From NCBI GenBank assembly GCA_964492835.1, contig CAZBLC010000002.1, positions 7,375-71,374 of the forward strand: a stretch of 64,000 nt of DNA. Direction: 5' to 3'. Positions 47,158 through 55,880 of the stretch are shown here, in pieces. Within the stretch, counting starts at the first letter, position 1, and the number at the start of each line of letters is the position of its first letter. The notes below the pieces were generated by a model. That model saw only the letters and a list, made by a program, of their open reading frames with translations, ran no database searches and was not told the origin of the DNA. This DNA is from an uncultured Candidatus Saccharibacteria bacterium (lineage in GTDB: Bacteria; Patescibacteriota; Minisyncoccia; Phycocordibacterales; PALSA-1337). A program made the translations under genes and the position numbers.

Positions 47158-47835
47158 CTATAGACTATCATAATACTTAATAATTTGCTTCTGTAGTATT
47201 AACATGGTCTTTAGTGCTTCTACCTTGGTAATATCCATTCTGATACTTCCAATATAGCTACTATCCCTAATTGAATACTCTGGGGCTGGTGAGTATATTG
47301 TTTTTCTTAAATTATCCTTAGGTATTCCCAATATCCCAGACCAATAACTCTCGTTCTTCCCTATCTCCGAATACAAACCTCTCATATATAAACGATATGT
47401 CATGCTATTTGAGTATTGTGGCAGATACTTAATGATCCACCTCCGCATAATTGAGACCATGTTCGGATCTGAATTGGTAAATGAGAAATAGTTACCGCCC
47501 CTACTCCCCTCCGCCCAATATAATAGTATGCCAGTTGAGAAAAAAGGATCTTTAATGTTATCTCTAAACAAAACTTCTGTATTTGAAGAGATTTCCATAT
47601 CCTTAAATGCGCTTTTTGTCTTCAAAGCTAATATTCTACCCTTTCTGGATTTAACTCTGCCCTCTTTTACTCTCCTCTTTATCTCCAATCTTTGCTCTTT
47701 TGAAATGGAGATATCCTTGAGCCATAGAGAAAGTACTCCTTTGGATACTGGGACTTCATTCAATATCTCTGAATACGACTTACCAGACTTCCTTAGATCT
47801 ATAGCCATATTCTTTAGTTGAACATTTATAGTCAT
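47158..47835 (-). CDS. HTH plus LAGLIDADG-like domain protein (paralog)
   Basis: LRKSGKSYSEI...VSKG.LS.W; GILLYWAEG, FTNSDP.M, YWS. Confidence 0.8.
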   Translation of the reverse strand: MTINVQLKNMAIDLRKSGKSYSEILNEVPVSKGVLSLWLKDISISKEQRLEIKRRVKEGRVKSRKGRILALKTKSAFKDMEISSNTEVLFRDNIKDPFFSTGILLYWAEGSRGGNYFSFTNSDPNMVSIMRRWIIKYLPQYSNSMTYRLYMRGLYSEIGKNESYWSGILGIPKDNLRKTIYSPAPEYSIRDSSYIGSIRMDITKVEALKTMLILQKQIIKYYDSL

Positions 47836-47899
47836 GTTACATAACAGTATATCACATGTTCAATAATGAAAAAAAGTATATTTGTGCTAGTATATACAC

Positions 47900-49378
47900 A
47901 TGAAGCAAAACGCAATACCTAATGAAGTAGTCGGTGTAGTAGAGACTCTGGAGAAGGCAGGGTTTGAAGCTTTTCTAGTTGGTGGATGTACTAGGGATAT
48001 ATTACTAGGGAGAACACCTAAGGATTGGGATGTTACGACTAATGCCACACCAGAACAGATAATTCCGCTATTCACCAAGACCTTCTACGAAAACTCATAC
48101 GGAACTGTTGGGGTAGTTAATGAACAAACAGAAAATGAGTCATTAAAGATTGTGGAAGTCACTCCATATCGTCTTGAAAGCTCATATAATGACCACAGAC
48201 ACCCAGATCAGGTTAGTTTCAGCAAAAGTATTGCTGACGATTTAAAACGTCGTGATTTCACGATTAACGCCATTGCGATCAGTTTGTCTAATGGAGCAAT
48301 AAAAGACATTGTAGATATGTTTGATGGTATCAAGGATATAAAAGACAAAACCATAAGAGCGGTGGGGGATGCAAACGACAGATTCTCTGAGGATGCACTA
48401 CGTATGATGAGAGCTGTTAGATTAGCCACAGAATTAGGTTTCATGATTAACAATGATACCCAAAAGGCTATAGTTAGCCATTCTGATCTCATAAAGAAGA
48501 TATCGATAGAACGCGTAAGAGACGAGTTCGTTAGAATACTTATGTCCAATAACCCTAAGAAGGGAATTGAGATGCTAGATGAACTTAATCTTCTAGGACA
48601 TATAGTTCCAGAGCTTGTACAAGCTAAGGACGTTAAACAGAACCAAGCGCACGCCTATGATGTATGGGAACACCTTCTAAGAACGTTGCAGCATTCTGCT
48701 GATAAGGAGTGGCCACTAGATATTAGACTCTCAGCTCTATTCCACGACATATCTAAACCAGAGACAAAGAGATTTTCACATGAAACCAATCAAATAACAT
48801 TCTATGGACATGAAGTAGTTGGTTCACGTGTAACAAAGAAGATACTAGAGAGAATGAAGTTTCCGACAAAAACCATAGAGAAGGTGGTTAAAATGGTACG
48901 TTGGCACATGTTTTTCTCAGATACTGAGACAATTACACTGTCTGCAGTAAGGAGAATGATTAACAATGTAGGTAGGGAGAACATATGGGACCTGATGAAT
49001 ATACGTATATGCGACAGAATCGGTACAGGAAGACCTAAAGAGAATCCATACAGACTACGTAAGTACAAAGCTATGATAGAGGAGGCAATGGTAGATCCTG
49101 TATCTGTTGCCATGCTAAAGACAGATGGTAAACGCATTATGGAGGTTACACATGTAACACCAGGACCTAAGATAGGGTATACACTTAATGCCTTACTAGA
49201 GGAAGTTCTAGAGGATCCTAAGCTAAATACTACGGAATACCTAGATAAGAGGGCAATAGAGCTAGTATCACTACCGGACAAAGAACTTGAAATACTAGGT
49301 AAGCAAGGACAGAGTAAGAAAGAGGAAGTTGAGAATGAGAATCTAGAGGAAATAAGGAAGAAATACCACGTTTCATAA
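47900..49378 (+). CDS. cca: CCA tRNA nucleotidyltransferase with HD domain
   Basis: VGGCTRD, DWD, RRDFTINA, EDALRMMRA, LFHDISK. Confidence 0.93.
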   Translation: MKQNAIPNEVVGVVETLEKAGFEAFLVGGCTRDILLGRTPKDWDVTTNATPEQIIPLFTKTFYENSYGTVGVVNEQTENESLKIVEVTPYRLESSYNDHRHPDQVSFSKSIADDLKRRDFTINAIAISLSNGAIKDIVDMFDGIKDIKDKTIRAVGDANDRFSEDALRMMRAVRLATELGFMINNDTQKAIVSHSDLIKKISIERVRDEFVRILMSNNPKKGIEMLDELNLLGHIVPELVQAKDVKQNQAHAYDVWEHLLRTLQHSADKEWPLDIRLSALFHDISKPETKRFSHETNQITFYGHEVVGSRVTKKILERMKFPTKTIEKVVKMVRWHMFFSDTETITLSAVRRMINNVGRENIWDLMNIRICDRIGTGRPKENPYRLRKYKAMIEEAMVDPVSVAMLKTDGKRIMEVTHVTPGPKIGYTLNALLEEVLEDPKLNTTEYLDKRAIELVSLPDKELEILGKQGQSKKEEVENENLEEIRKKYHVS

Positions 49379-49398
49379 GTAACATTTCATGTGTAACA
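48772..49398. promoter_or_regulatory. cluster of five parS-like 16-mers
   Basis: 12-14/16 matches to TGTTWCACGTGWAACA at 48772, 48820, 49144, 49369, 49383. Confidence 0.6.
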
Positions 49399-49434
49399 CA
49401 ATAAAATGGCTCTGTTGAGCCATTTGTGTTTTTT
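49395..49434 (+). terminator. terminator after cca
   Basis: AAATGGCTC-tgtt-GAGCCATTT followed by GTG and T-tract. Confidence 0.7.
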
Positions 49435-49526
49435 ATATACAAAAACAGCCGTGTTTACCTGTACGATAATCTCGAGGTTAGACGATTGAGACCATTCTAC
49501 AAATAACTAACGGCTGTTACTCACGA

Positions 49527-49709
49527 CTACGAACACAGAAGTTCATAAATAGCGAAGGAGTCATGCTGGATCCACAGATCACAGGGGACTCGCGAAATTG
49601 ACCACATACCACCTAATGGGAGGTTTTGCATATAACTTCTAATAAATTTAATGATTGGGAAGTTATGCAGTGCCTCAACAGAAGCTAAATATGGGTTACC
49701 TCTCTTCAT
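49527..49709 (-). CDS. small hypothetical ORF (uncertain)
   Basis: 60 aa; TGCTATAAT upstream on minus strand and a hairpin downstream. Confidence 0.3.
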   Translation of the reverse strand: MKRGNPYLASVEALHNFPIIKFIRSYMQNLPLGGMWSISRVPCDLWIQHDSFAIYELLCS

Positions 49710-49861
49710 AATTGAACTTCAAAAAAAGAGCTTGTTACTACCCATCCACACATAATTGTACAAAGAGCTATCGAACGAACTGATCCTCGGTTAAAAGTTC
49801 TTCGGATCTGGGATTATTATAGCAAGCATAAAAGACATGTAAAGGACATACAAATAAAATA

Positions 49862-49870
49862 TGTGGATAA
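49862..49870 (-). promoter_or_regulatory. DnaA box (consensus)
   Basis: TGTGGATAA on plus strand. Confidence 0.45.
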
Positions 49871-49910
49871 CTTTTGTCCTTTATAAAAGACAGTAAAATA
49901 TATTTGTCTT

Positions 49911-50708
49911 TTATTTTAAAATCAACTCTATTGGACAGTGATCAGATCCCAAAATAGCGTTGAGAATATTGGCTTTTTTAACTTTTTCTAAAATACCTGG
50001 GCTTATGAAAAAATAATCAATTCTCCAACCAACATTTCTTTCTCTTGCAAAAGTTTTCATATCCCAATATGTATATGCACCAATTTTATTTGGATTTTGT
50101 TGTCTAAAAATATCTATATATCCAGAATTAATTACTTGATCTATCCACTCTCTTTCTTGTGGAAGAAAACCGGTATTTTCTTCGTTGGCTTTTGGTCGAG
50201 CTAAATCAATTTCAGTATGTGCAGTGTTTACATCGCCACAGAAAATTACTTCGTAACCTTGTTTTCTCTTTAAGTTAATATATTTCAAGAACTCATCGTA
50301 GAATCTCATCTTGAAGTCTAATCTATCTGGACCACTACCTCCGTTAGGGAAGTATGAGGTTATTAATACGAACTTTTTACCTATAATCCCAGTATCTTCG
50401 TAGAATAGGGCCAGGAATCGTCCTTCTTTGTCTAAATCCTCTGAACCAAGGGTATTAAATCCATAATCTACTGAATCTGCTTCGTATTTTGCGTATATAG
50501 CCACTCCACTATATCCCTTTTTCATCTTAGAATGGTCGAAATATGAGTAATATCCCTTGGGATTACGTATTTCCTCCTCTAATTGATCTGGGTGGGCCTT
50601 AGTCTCCTGTAGACAGAAGAAGTCTGGAGATTGCTCAATTAACCAGTCAAATCCTCCTTTTTTAGCATTAGCACGTAAACCATTAACATTCCAGCAGATG
50701 ATGTTCAT
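49911..50708 (-). CDS. xth: exodeoxyribonuclease III / AP endonuclease
   Basis: WNVNGLRA, LQETK, GYSGVA, GDVNTAH, GWRIDY, SDHCP. Confidence 0.97.
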   Translation of the reverse strand: MNIICWNVNGLRANAKKGGFDWLIEQSPDFFCLQETKAHPDQLEEEIRNPKGYYSYFDHSKMKKGYSGVAIYAKYEADSVDYGFNTLGSEDLDKEGRFLALFYEDTGIIGKKFVLITSYFPNGGSGPDRLDFKMRFYDEFLKYINLKRKQGYEVIFCGDVNTAHTEIDLARPKANEENTGFLPQEREWIDQVINSGYIDIFRQQNPNKIGAYTYWDMKTFARERNVGWRIDYFFISPGILEKVKKANILNAILGSDHCPIELILK

Positions 50709-50727
50709 GGCACTATGATATCAGATT

Positions 50728-51660
50728 TTACTCACTCTTCCTATGGAATTTCTTATGTATCTTCTTTAATTCAGTATCAGTAACATGTGTATATATCTGA
50801 GTAGTATTTATATTTGCATGTCCTAATAGCATCTGTACTGAGCGTAGATCAGCTCCATTACGTAATAAGTCAGTAGCAAAGCTATGCCTAATCACGTGAG
50901 GTGTGACTTTCTTAGAAATACCAGAGTTAATAGCATATTGCTTTATAATCCTCTCTACAGACCTTGAAGTAATCCTTAATGAATCCTTGTTTTTAGCCAA
51001 TTTCTCTCCCTCCTTGATCTGAATGAATAGGGCATCGTCCATATCATCCCTCTTATCAAGCCATTTCTGTACAGCAATACGCGCATCGTCAGAGATAAAC
51101 ACAACTCTAACCTTTTCTCCCTTACCACGTATAGACATTTCATCAAGTTTTAAGTTGATATCCCTTGGAAGTGAACATAGTTCTGAAACACGCAGTCCTG
51201 TAGAGAAAAGTAGCTCAAGCATTGCCTTGTCACGCAATCCTCTCAGAGTAGAAGTATCTGGAGCCTTCATTATAAGATTAAGTTCCTCTATCGTAATCAA
51301 ATCTAGTGATCTTTCTGGTACTTTAGCCAACTCGATGCGGTCTGGTGATAGGGAAGTGATGTTTTGTCTAGCCAAATACTTCAAGAAAGCACGTATAGCA
51401 ATTAAATAGTAATTCTGTGTCTTCTTCTTGAGAGTAGTTAATGCTTTTCCTTTTTCACTCTTAGTTTCTTGTCTGTTTAGCCATATACGGAAGTCTCGAA
51501 CAACTGAATCAGTAATATCCTTAGGGTCCTTTAGCTTAGTATAGTCTAGGAAACGGCTCAGATACTGGTCATAGTTACGCACTGTATTTAGACTTCTTCC
51601 TTTCTCTATCTCTACATACTGTAAAAACTCAGTTTTTAGGGATAATAGATTTTGCGACAT
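50728..51660 (-). CDS. Xer-family tyrosine recombinase
   Basis: TGLRVSEL, GKGEKVR, HVIRHSFAT, LGH, TTQIY. Confidence 0.95.
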   Translation of the reverse strand: MSQNLLSLKTEFLQYVEIEKGRSLNTVRNYDQYLSRFLDYTKLKDPKDITDSVVRDFRIWLNRQETKSEKGKALTTLKKKTQNYYLIAIRAFLKYLARQNITSLSPDRIELAKVPERSLDLITIEELNLIMKAPDTSTLRGLRDKAMLELLFSTGLRVSELCSLPRDINLKLDEMSIRGKGEKVRVVFISDDARIAVQKWLDKRDDMDDALFIQIKEGEKLAKNKDSLRITSRSVERIIKQYAINSGISKKVTPHVIRHSFATDLLRNGADLRSVQMLLGHANINTTQIYTHVTDTELKKIHKKFHRKSE

Positions 51661-51697
51661 GGTTAAAGTATACAGTATATTCAATGTTTACATTTAC

Positions 51698-51725
51698 TTG
51701 ACAAAAAAACTAGGTATGGTAGGAT
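51698..51725 (+). promoter_or_regulatory. sigma70 promoter for the candidate ncRNA
   Basis: TTGACA-N16-TAGGAT with TG extension. Confidence 0.6.
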
Positions 51726-51731
51726 ATACCC

Positions 51732-52064
51732 AGTTGATCTTCGAATGTTTGGTTGTTGCCAACAGGATCAAGCTTGCAGTAATGCAAGTTGAGTAACCGG
51801 CTCTATTGAGCCATTGCTTTAAAGGCGCCCATGACCAATGGACCTCCTCGGGGTAACAATTGTTATCCCCGTCGGCTTAAAATGATCTGAGTTCTGCGCC
51901 GGCGTCATAGCCTGCACTGGTAAATCCACAACCGATATGAAGAAAAATTGTCAATGCGGCTTCCAAAGGGTGCCGCTCAAATAAATAACCCTCAACCGTC
52001 AGGTCAGAGCTCGCAAGAGTTATATGACCACGTCACCCCGTCTAACAAACGGGGTCGATTTTTT
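51732..52064 (+). ncRNA. candidate structured non-coding RNA (~330 nt), family unknown
   Basis: GC-richer, no ORF of 60 aa or more, several hairpins including GTAA and GCAA GNRA loops, bounded by promoter and terminator. Confidence 0.5.
52035..52064 (+). terminator. intrinsic terminator
   Basis: ACCCCGT-ctaacaa-ACGGGGT-cga-T6. Confidence 0.7.
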
Positions 52065-52119
52065 ATAACACCCTCCACTCTTGCTCTTTAAACCCATTTG
52101 TGCTACTATGGTCCACATC

Positions 52120-52389
52120 ATGTTAACAACACGACAGAAGACAAATATCATAAAGAGTGTAGCAATACACGACAAGGACACTGGTTCTCCAGAAGTTCAA
52201 ATTTCTATACTTACAAAAAGAATCGACGAACTAGCAGGACATCTAAAGAAGCACAAGAAGGACAATCACTCAAGAAGAGGACTTCTAGCTATGGTAGCTG
52301 ATAGACAGTCACACATGAACTATCTAAAGAAGAAGCACCCAAAGCGTCACGCAAGTATTGCAAAGAAGCTAGATATCAAGGCTAAATAG
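52120..52389 (+). CDS. rpsO: 30S ribosomal protein S15
   Basis: DTGSPEVQI, HKKDNHSRRGLL. Confidence 0.98.
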   Translation: MLTTRQKTNIIKSVAIHDKDTGSPEVQISILTKRIDELAGHLKKHKKDNHSRRGLLAMVADRQSHMNYLKKKHPKRHASIAKKLDIKAK

Positions 52390-52480
52390 TCACACTCTGT
52401 GATATAATATCTCTGTTAGTATATTTTTTAATATGTGTTTTAGTGTGTAATTTTAATAATTTAGTTAGTTAATTTTTTAT

Positions 52481-53104
52481 ATGTCAGTAATCAAACATAA
52501 AGAGCAGCGTGTAGGTGTATTTATAGATACACAAAATATTTATCATAGTGCAAAGAATCTATATCACTCAAAAGTAAATTTCGGTAATATCGTAAAAGAT
52601 GCAGTAGGAGAGAGATCTCTGATACGTGCAGTCGCTTATGTTATAACCACAGAAGCAGGGGATGAGAAGGCATTCTTTGAAGCATTAACAAAGATGGGTA
52701 TCGAAACAAAGACAAAAGATCTACAAATATTCGGTAGTGGAGCAAAAAAAGCAGATTGGGACGTAGGGCTTGCAATAGATGCAGTAAAACTAGCACCAAA
52801 GCTTGATGCTGTAATACTTCTAACAGGGGACGGGGACTTTGCACCACTAGTAGAGTACCTACAAGTAAACGAAGGTTGTCAGGTAGAGGTTGTATCATTC
52901 GGCAAATCAACATCAACAAAGCTAAGAGAAGTAGTAGATGACTTCTTTGATCTAGATGAAAATCCACAGAAGTATCTAATAGGGCACAGAAATGGATTTC
53001 AAAACAAAGGGAGAGGTAAAATGAATTTTGGAAAGAGAAGAGGACCTAAAGATGCAACACTAGGAACAGTTGCAGATGATATTGCAGACTTGTCAGGACA
53101 ATAA
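52481..53104 (+). CDS. NYN (LabA/DUF88) domain protein
   Basis: FIDTQN, KADWDVGLAID, TGDGDF. Confidence 0.93.
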   Translation: MSVIKHKEQRVGVFIDTQNIYHSAKNLYHSKVNFGNIVKDAVGERSLIRAVAYVITTEAGDEKAFFEALTKMGIETKTKDLQIFGSGAKKADWDVGLAIDAVKLAPKLDAVILLTGDGDFAPLVEYLQVNEGCQVEVVSFGKSTSTKLREVVDDFFDLDENPQKYLIGHRNGFQNKGRGKMNFGKRRGPKDATLGTVADDIADLSGQ

Positions 53105-53134
53105 TTGTAATTGTGTCGTGCTATAATATTAGAA

Positions 53135-54193
53135 ATGAACGAGGATCAAAAAAAATCTCCAATAGTAACTTCATTTGTGGGTGGGGCTATACCCAAAACA
53201 GAGGATCATCCTCTACATATACTAGATAATCAAGTAGATCCTGAAAAGAAAAATATTGGGCAGAAACCAATCCGCACATATGAAAGTGATGTAGCTGAGG
53301 CTCTTGCAAGAAAGAAGACTTCGGTAATGACAATGGCTGTGGCCGAAGGACAGAGAAGAACAGGTGAGAGTGTCATATCAAACAAACCAACCTCTAATGT
53401 GGGGAGGAAGATACTTCTTGCAATCATTAGTCTAATATTTATAGCATCCGGCGTAATTGGAGGATATTACCTTTACCTAAAGAGCCCATTATCTAAACCT
53501 CAAGTAGTAGCTACGGTGAAGAATGTTCCAAGTATCATACCTCCAGATACACAAAAGATTATTAAGATAGGTTCAGCCAAAAAAGATCAGATATTTAATG
53601 GTCTAACTAACCAATTTAAAACCCTACCAATCAACGAAGGTAAAGTCTCTGAATTTATACTTGCCTACAATGTGGGATCAAGTACCAGTAGGGTAACAGG
53701 ATCAAATTTCATTAATGAAATGGGTTTCAGTATGTCAGACATGCTAAAAAGAGCGATTACAGATAGCTGGATGACTGGTGTGTACTCAAGTAATGGAGAG
53801 AATTTCCCATTCATAATACTAACAACTGATTTCTTCCAAAATAGCTATTCTGGAATGCTTCGTTGGGAACCTAATATGGCAGAGGAGTTGGCTGATATAT
53901 TTGATATTAGAAACAAAGCTATACCACAACAAACAATAGAGGCTGAGGTATCAAGCACAACAGCTAGTACAACTGAGGTCATAAAAACTCCATCATATAC
54001 ATTGTTTAATCTAAGAGGAAGTTTTGAGGACAAGGTAATATCTAATAGGGATGTGAGGGAGTTTACGGCTACAAACGGTAACATGCTATTCCTCTACACA
54101 TTCATAGACAAAGAGAGAATACTCATTACAACATCAGAATCCGTAATACCAGCTATACTTGAGCGTATTGAAAAACAAGCATATGTAAGATAG
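53135..54193 (+). CDS. single-TM hypothetical protein
   Basis: IRTYESD motif, one TM; ATG 53135 follows TGCTATAAT. Confidence 0.8.
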   Translation: MNEDQKKSPIVTSFVGGAIPKTEDHPLHILDNQVDPEKKNIGQKPIRTYESDVAEALARKKTSVMTMAVAEGQRRTGESVISNKPTSNVGRKILLAIISLIFIASGVIGGYYLYLKSPLSKPQVVATVKNVPSIIPPDTQKIIKIGSAKKDQIFNGLTNQFKTLPINEGKVSEFILAYNVGSSTSRVTGSNFINEMGFSMSDMLKRAITDSWMTGVYSSNGENFPFIILTTDFFQNSYSGMLRWEPNMAEELADIFDIRNKAIPQQTIEAEVSSTTASTTEVIKTPSYTLFNLRGSFEDKVISNRDVREFTATNGNMLFLYTFIDKERILITTSESVIPAILERIEKQAYVR

Positions 54194-54202
54194 AATTAGT
54201 AC

Positions 54203-54559
54203 ATGAACAAGAATGATATACAGCATTTCAAGGAAAAATTACTAAAAGAGAAAGCTTTACTAGAGAGTGAGCTTGAGAGTGTAGGGAAGAAAGATCAAAA
54301 TAGTCCTGATTGGAATGCTACATCTGGTGATATTGAAACAGATAGTGCAGATGAGAACGAAGTTGCAGACAAGTTTGAGGAACTAGCAGAGAATGAAATA
54401 ATTTTAGATAAGCTAGAGCCACAATACAGGGAAGTAAAGGAAGCATTGGATAGAATTGAGAATGGAACTTACGGAGTATGTAAGGTGTCAGGAGAGCCTA
54501 TAGAGAAGGAGAGACTAGAAGCAAATCCTTCAGCACAGACTTGCATGAAGCATATGTAA
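54203..54559 (+). CDS. DksA/TraR family protein
   Basis: ADENEVAD coiled-coil tip, AL.RIE.GTYGVC, ERLEANP.A..C. Confidence 0.9.
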   Translation: MNKNDIQHFKEKLLKEKALLESELESVGKKDQNSPDWNATSGDIETDSADENEVADKFEELAENEIILDKLEPQYREVKEALDRIENGTYGVCKVSGEPIEKERLEANPSAQTCMKHM

Positions 54560-54593
54560 TACAAAAAAGACCTCATTGAGGTCTTTTTTGTAT
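54559..54593. terminator. bidirectional terminator
   Basis: ATACAAAAAAGACCTC-att-GAGGTCTTTTTTGTAT. Confidence 0.88.
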
Positions 54594-54598
54594 GTATC

Positions 54599-55660
54599 TT
54601 AGAATGGATTCTTCGCCCCTCTTATCTCAAAGTGTACGTGTGGACCAGTTGTCTTACCAGTCATACCTACCTTTGCAATCATTTCTCCTTGCTCTACAGT
54701 ATCTCCAACCTTAACAAAGTTCTTCTGTGTATGGGCATATAGAGTCTGACTACCATTATCATGAGAGATAACAACATAGTTTCCGTAACCTCCATTCCAT
54801 CCACCATTTGAAATACTAGAGATAACAACTCCATCAGCAGATGCACGGATTATACTTCCAACCGGAGCCGCGAAATCTATACCGTTATATCCGTGTAGAC
54901 CTTGTGACTTGATAGCGCCACTTACTGGTCTTACATAATATCCTGGATAGAAAGGGCCATCTGTATCATGAGCTTTGTTTGTTGTACCTCTAGACTGAGC
55001 GATCTTAGAAACAGCTACAGCAGTAGGTTCTGCATCTGGAATAATAATCACACTACCAACAGATAGGGTAGAAGATATGGTTAGATCGTTATAATCAAGA
55101 ACTTCCTCTAGGTTACTCTTGTATCTAAGTACAATACCCTTGATTGTATCTCCTTTTTTAACTGTATACTTAACACCTGATATAGGCAGGATAACTAGGT
55201 TCTGTCCCTCCTTTATAGAAGGATTCTTACCAAGCTCGTTCGCCCAGATGATAGTATTAACTGAAACGTCGAACATTTGAGCTATTTGGGACAGGGTATC
55301 ACCACTTCTTACAGTATATAGACTAATCTCTCCTGAAACCCTACTTTCTACATCAGATACAGTACCCTGAGGACCTATTTCAGCTGAAATAGCATTGTTA
55401 TATGCCAAAATATTACCCTCGTCATTCTTAAATGGTGTAGGATCTGAATTAACCGCCGCCTCTAGAAGGAGCATATTCTGAGAATTTACATCACTTGTAG
55501 TCTCATTAGACTTAGCTGAAGCCTTGTCACTACCCATATCACCGAAGATAGAAAACAAGCCTGCATTAGCAGACTTTGGGTAAAAACCGTATGAAAATAT
55601 GAATACTGAAACGATAGACAGTGCAATAGCCTTTTTTGCAAAAGGTATTGTTTTGGCCAT
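54599..55660 (-). CDS. LysM-LysM-M23 peptidase
   Basis: YTVRSGDTLSQIA, YTVKKGDT, H...GID, YAH, HVHFE. Confidence 0.95.
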   Translation of the reverse strand: MAKTIPFAKKAIALSIVSVFIFSYGFYPKSANAGLFSIFGDMGSDKASAKSNETTSDVNSQNMLLLEAAVNSDPTPFKNDEGNILAYNNAISAEIGPQGTVSDVESRVSGEISLYTVRSGDTLSQIAQMFDVSVNTIIWANELGKNPSIKEGQNLVILPISGVKYTVKKGDTIKGIVLRYKSNLEEVLDYNDLTISSTLSVGSVIIIPDAEPTAVAVSKIAQSRGTTNKAHDTDGPFYPGYYVRPVSGAIKSQGLHGYNGIDFAAPVGSIIRASADGVVISSISNGGWNGGYGNYVVISHDNGSQTLYAHTQKNFVKVGDTVEQGEMIAKVGMTGKTTGPHVHFEIRGAKNPF

Positions 55661-55880
55661 TGATTTAATTGTTACTGAATTAGATAAATATTGCATAATA
55701 TAAATAGTCGTTCGGCAAGGTCTGTATGGCGTCTATACAACGCATCTGTAGCTTCAGAATTTTCAGTAGATGGCTTTGTTGAGCCATTTTTATACCTCTA
55801 TCCATAAGGTATCTATTTAGCCTACGCTAGGTGAATTTTAAAGTCAACAGGGGGTGTGAATATGTGATATAGTAGTATTT

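Noticed and set aside
51732-52064. RNase P RNA, tmRNA or 6S identity for the structured region
   Set aside because: Conserved P4 sequences and tRNA-like termini were not found on either strand; the multi-hairpin layout and length do not fit a 6S rod.
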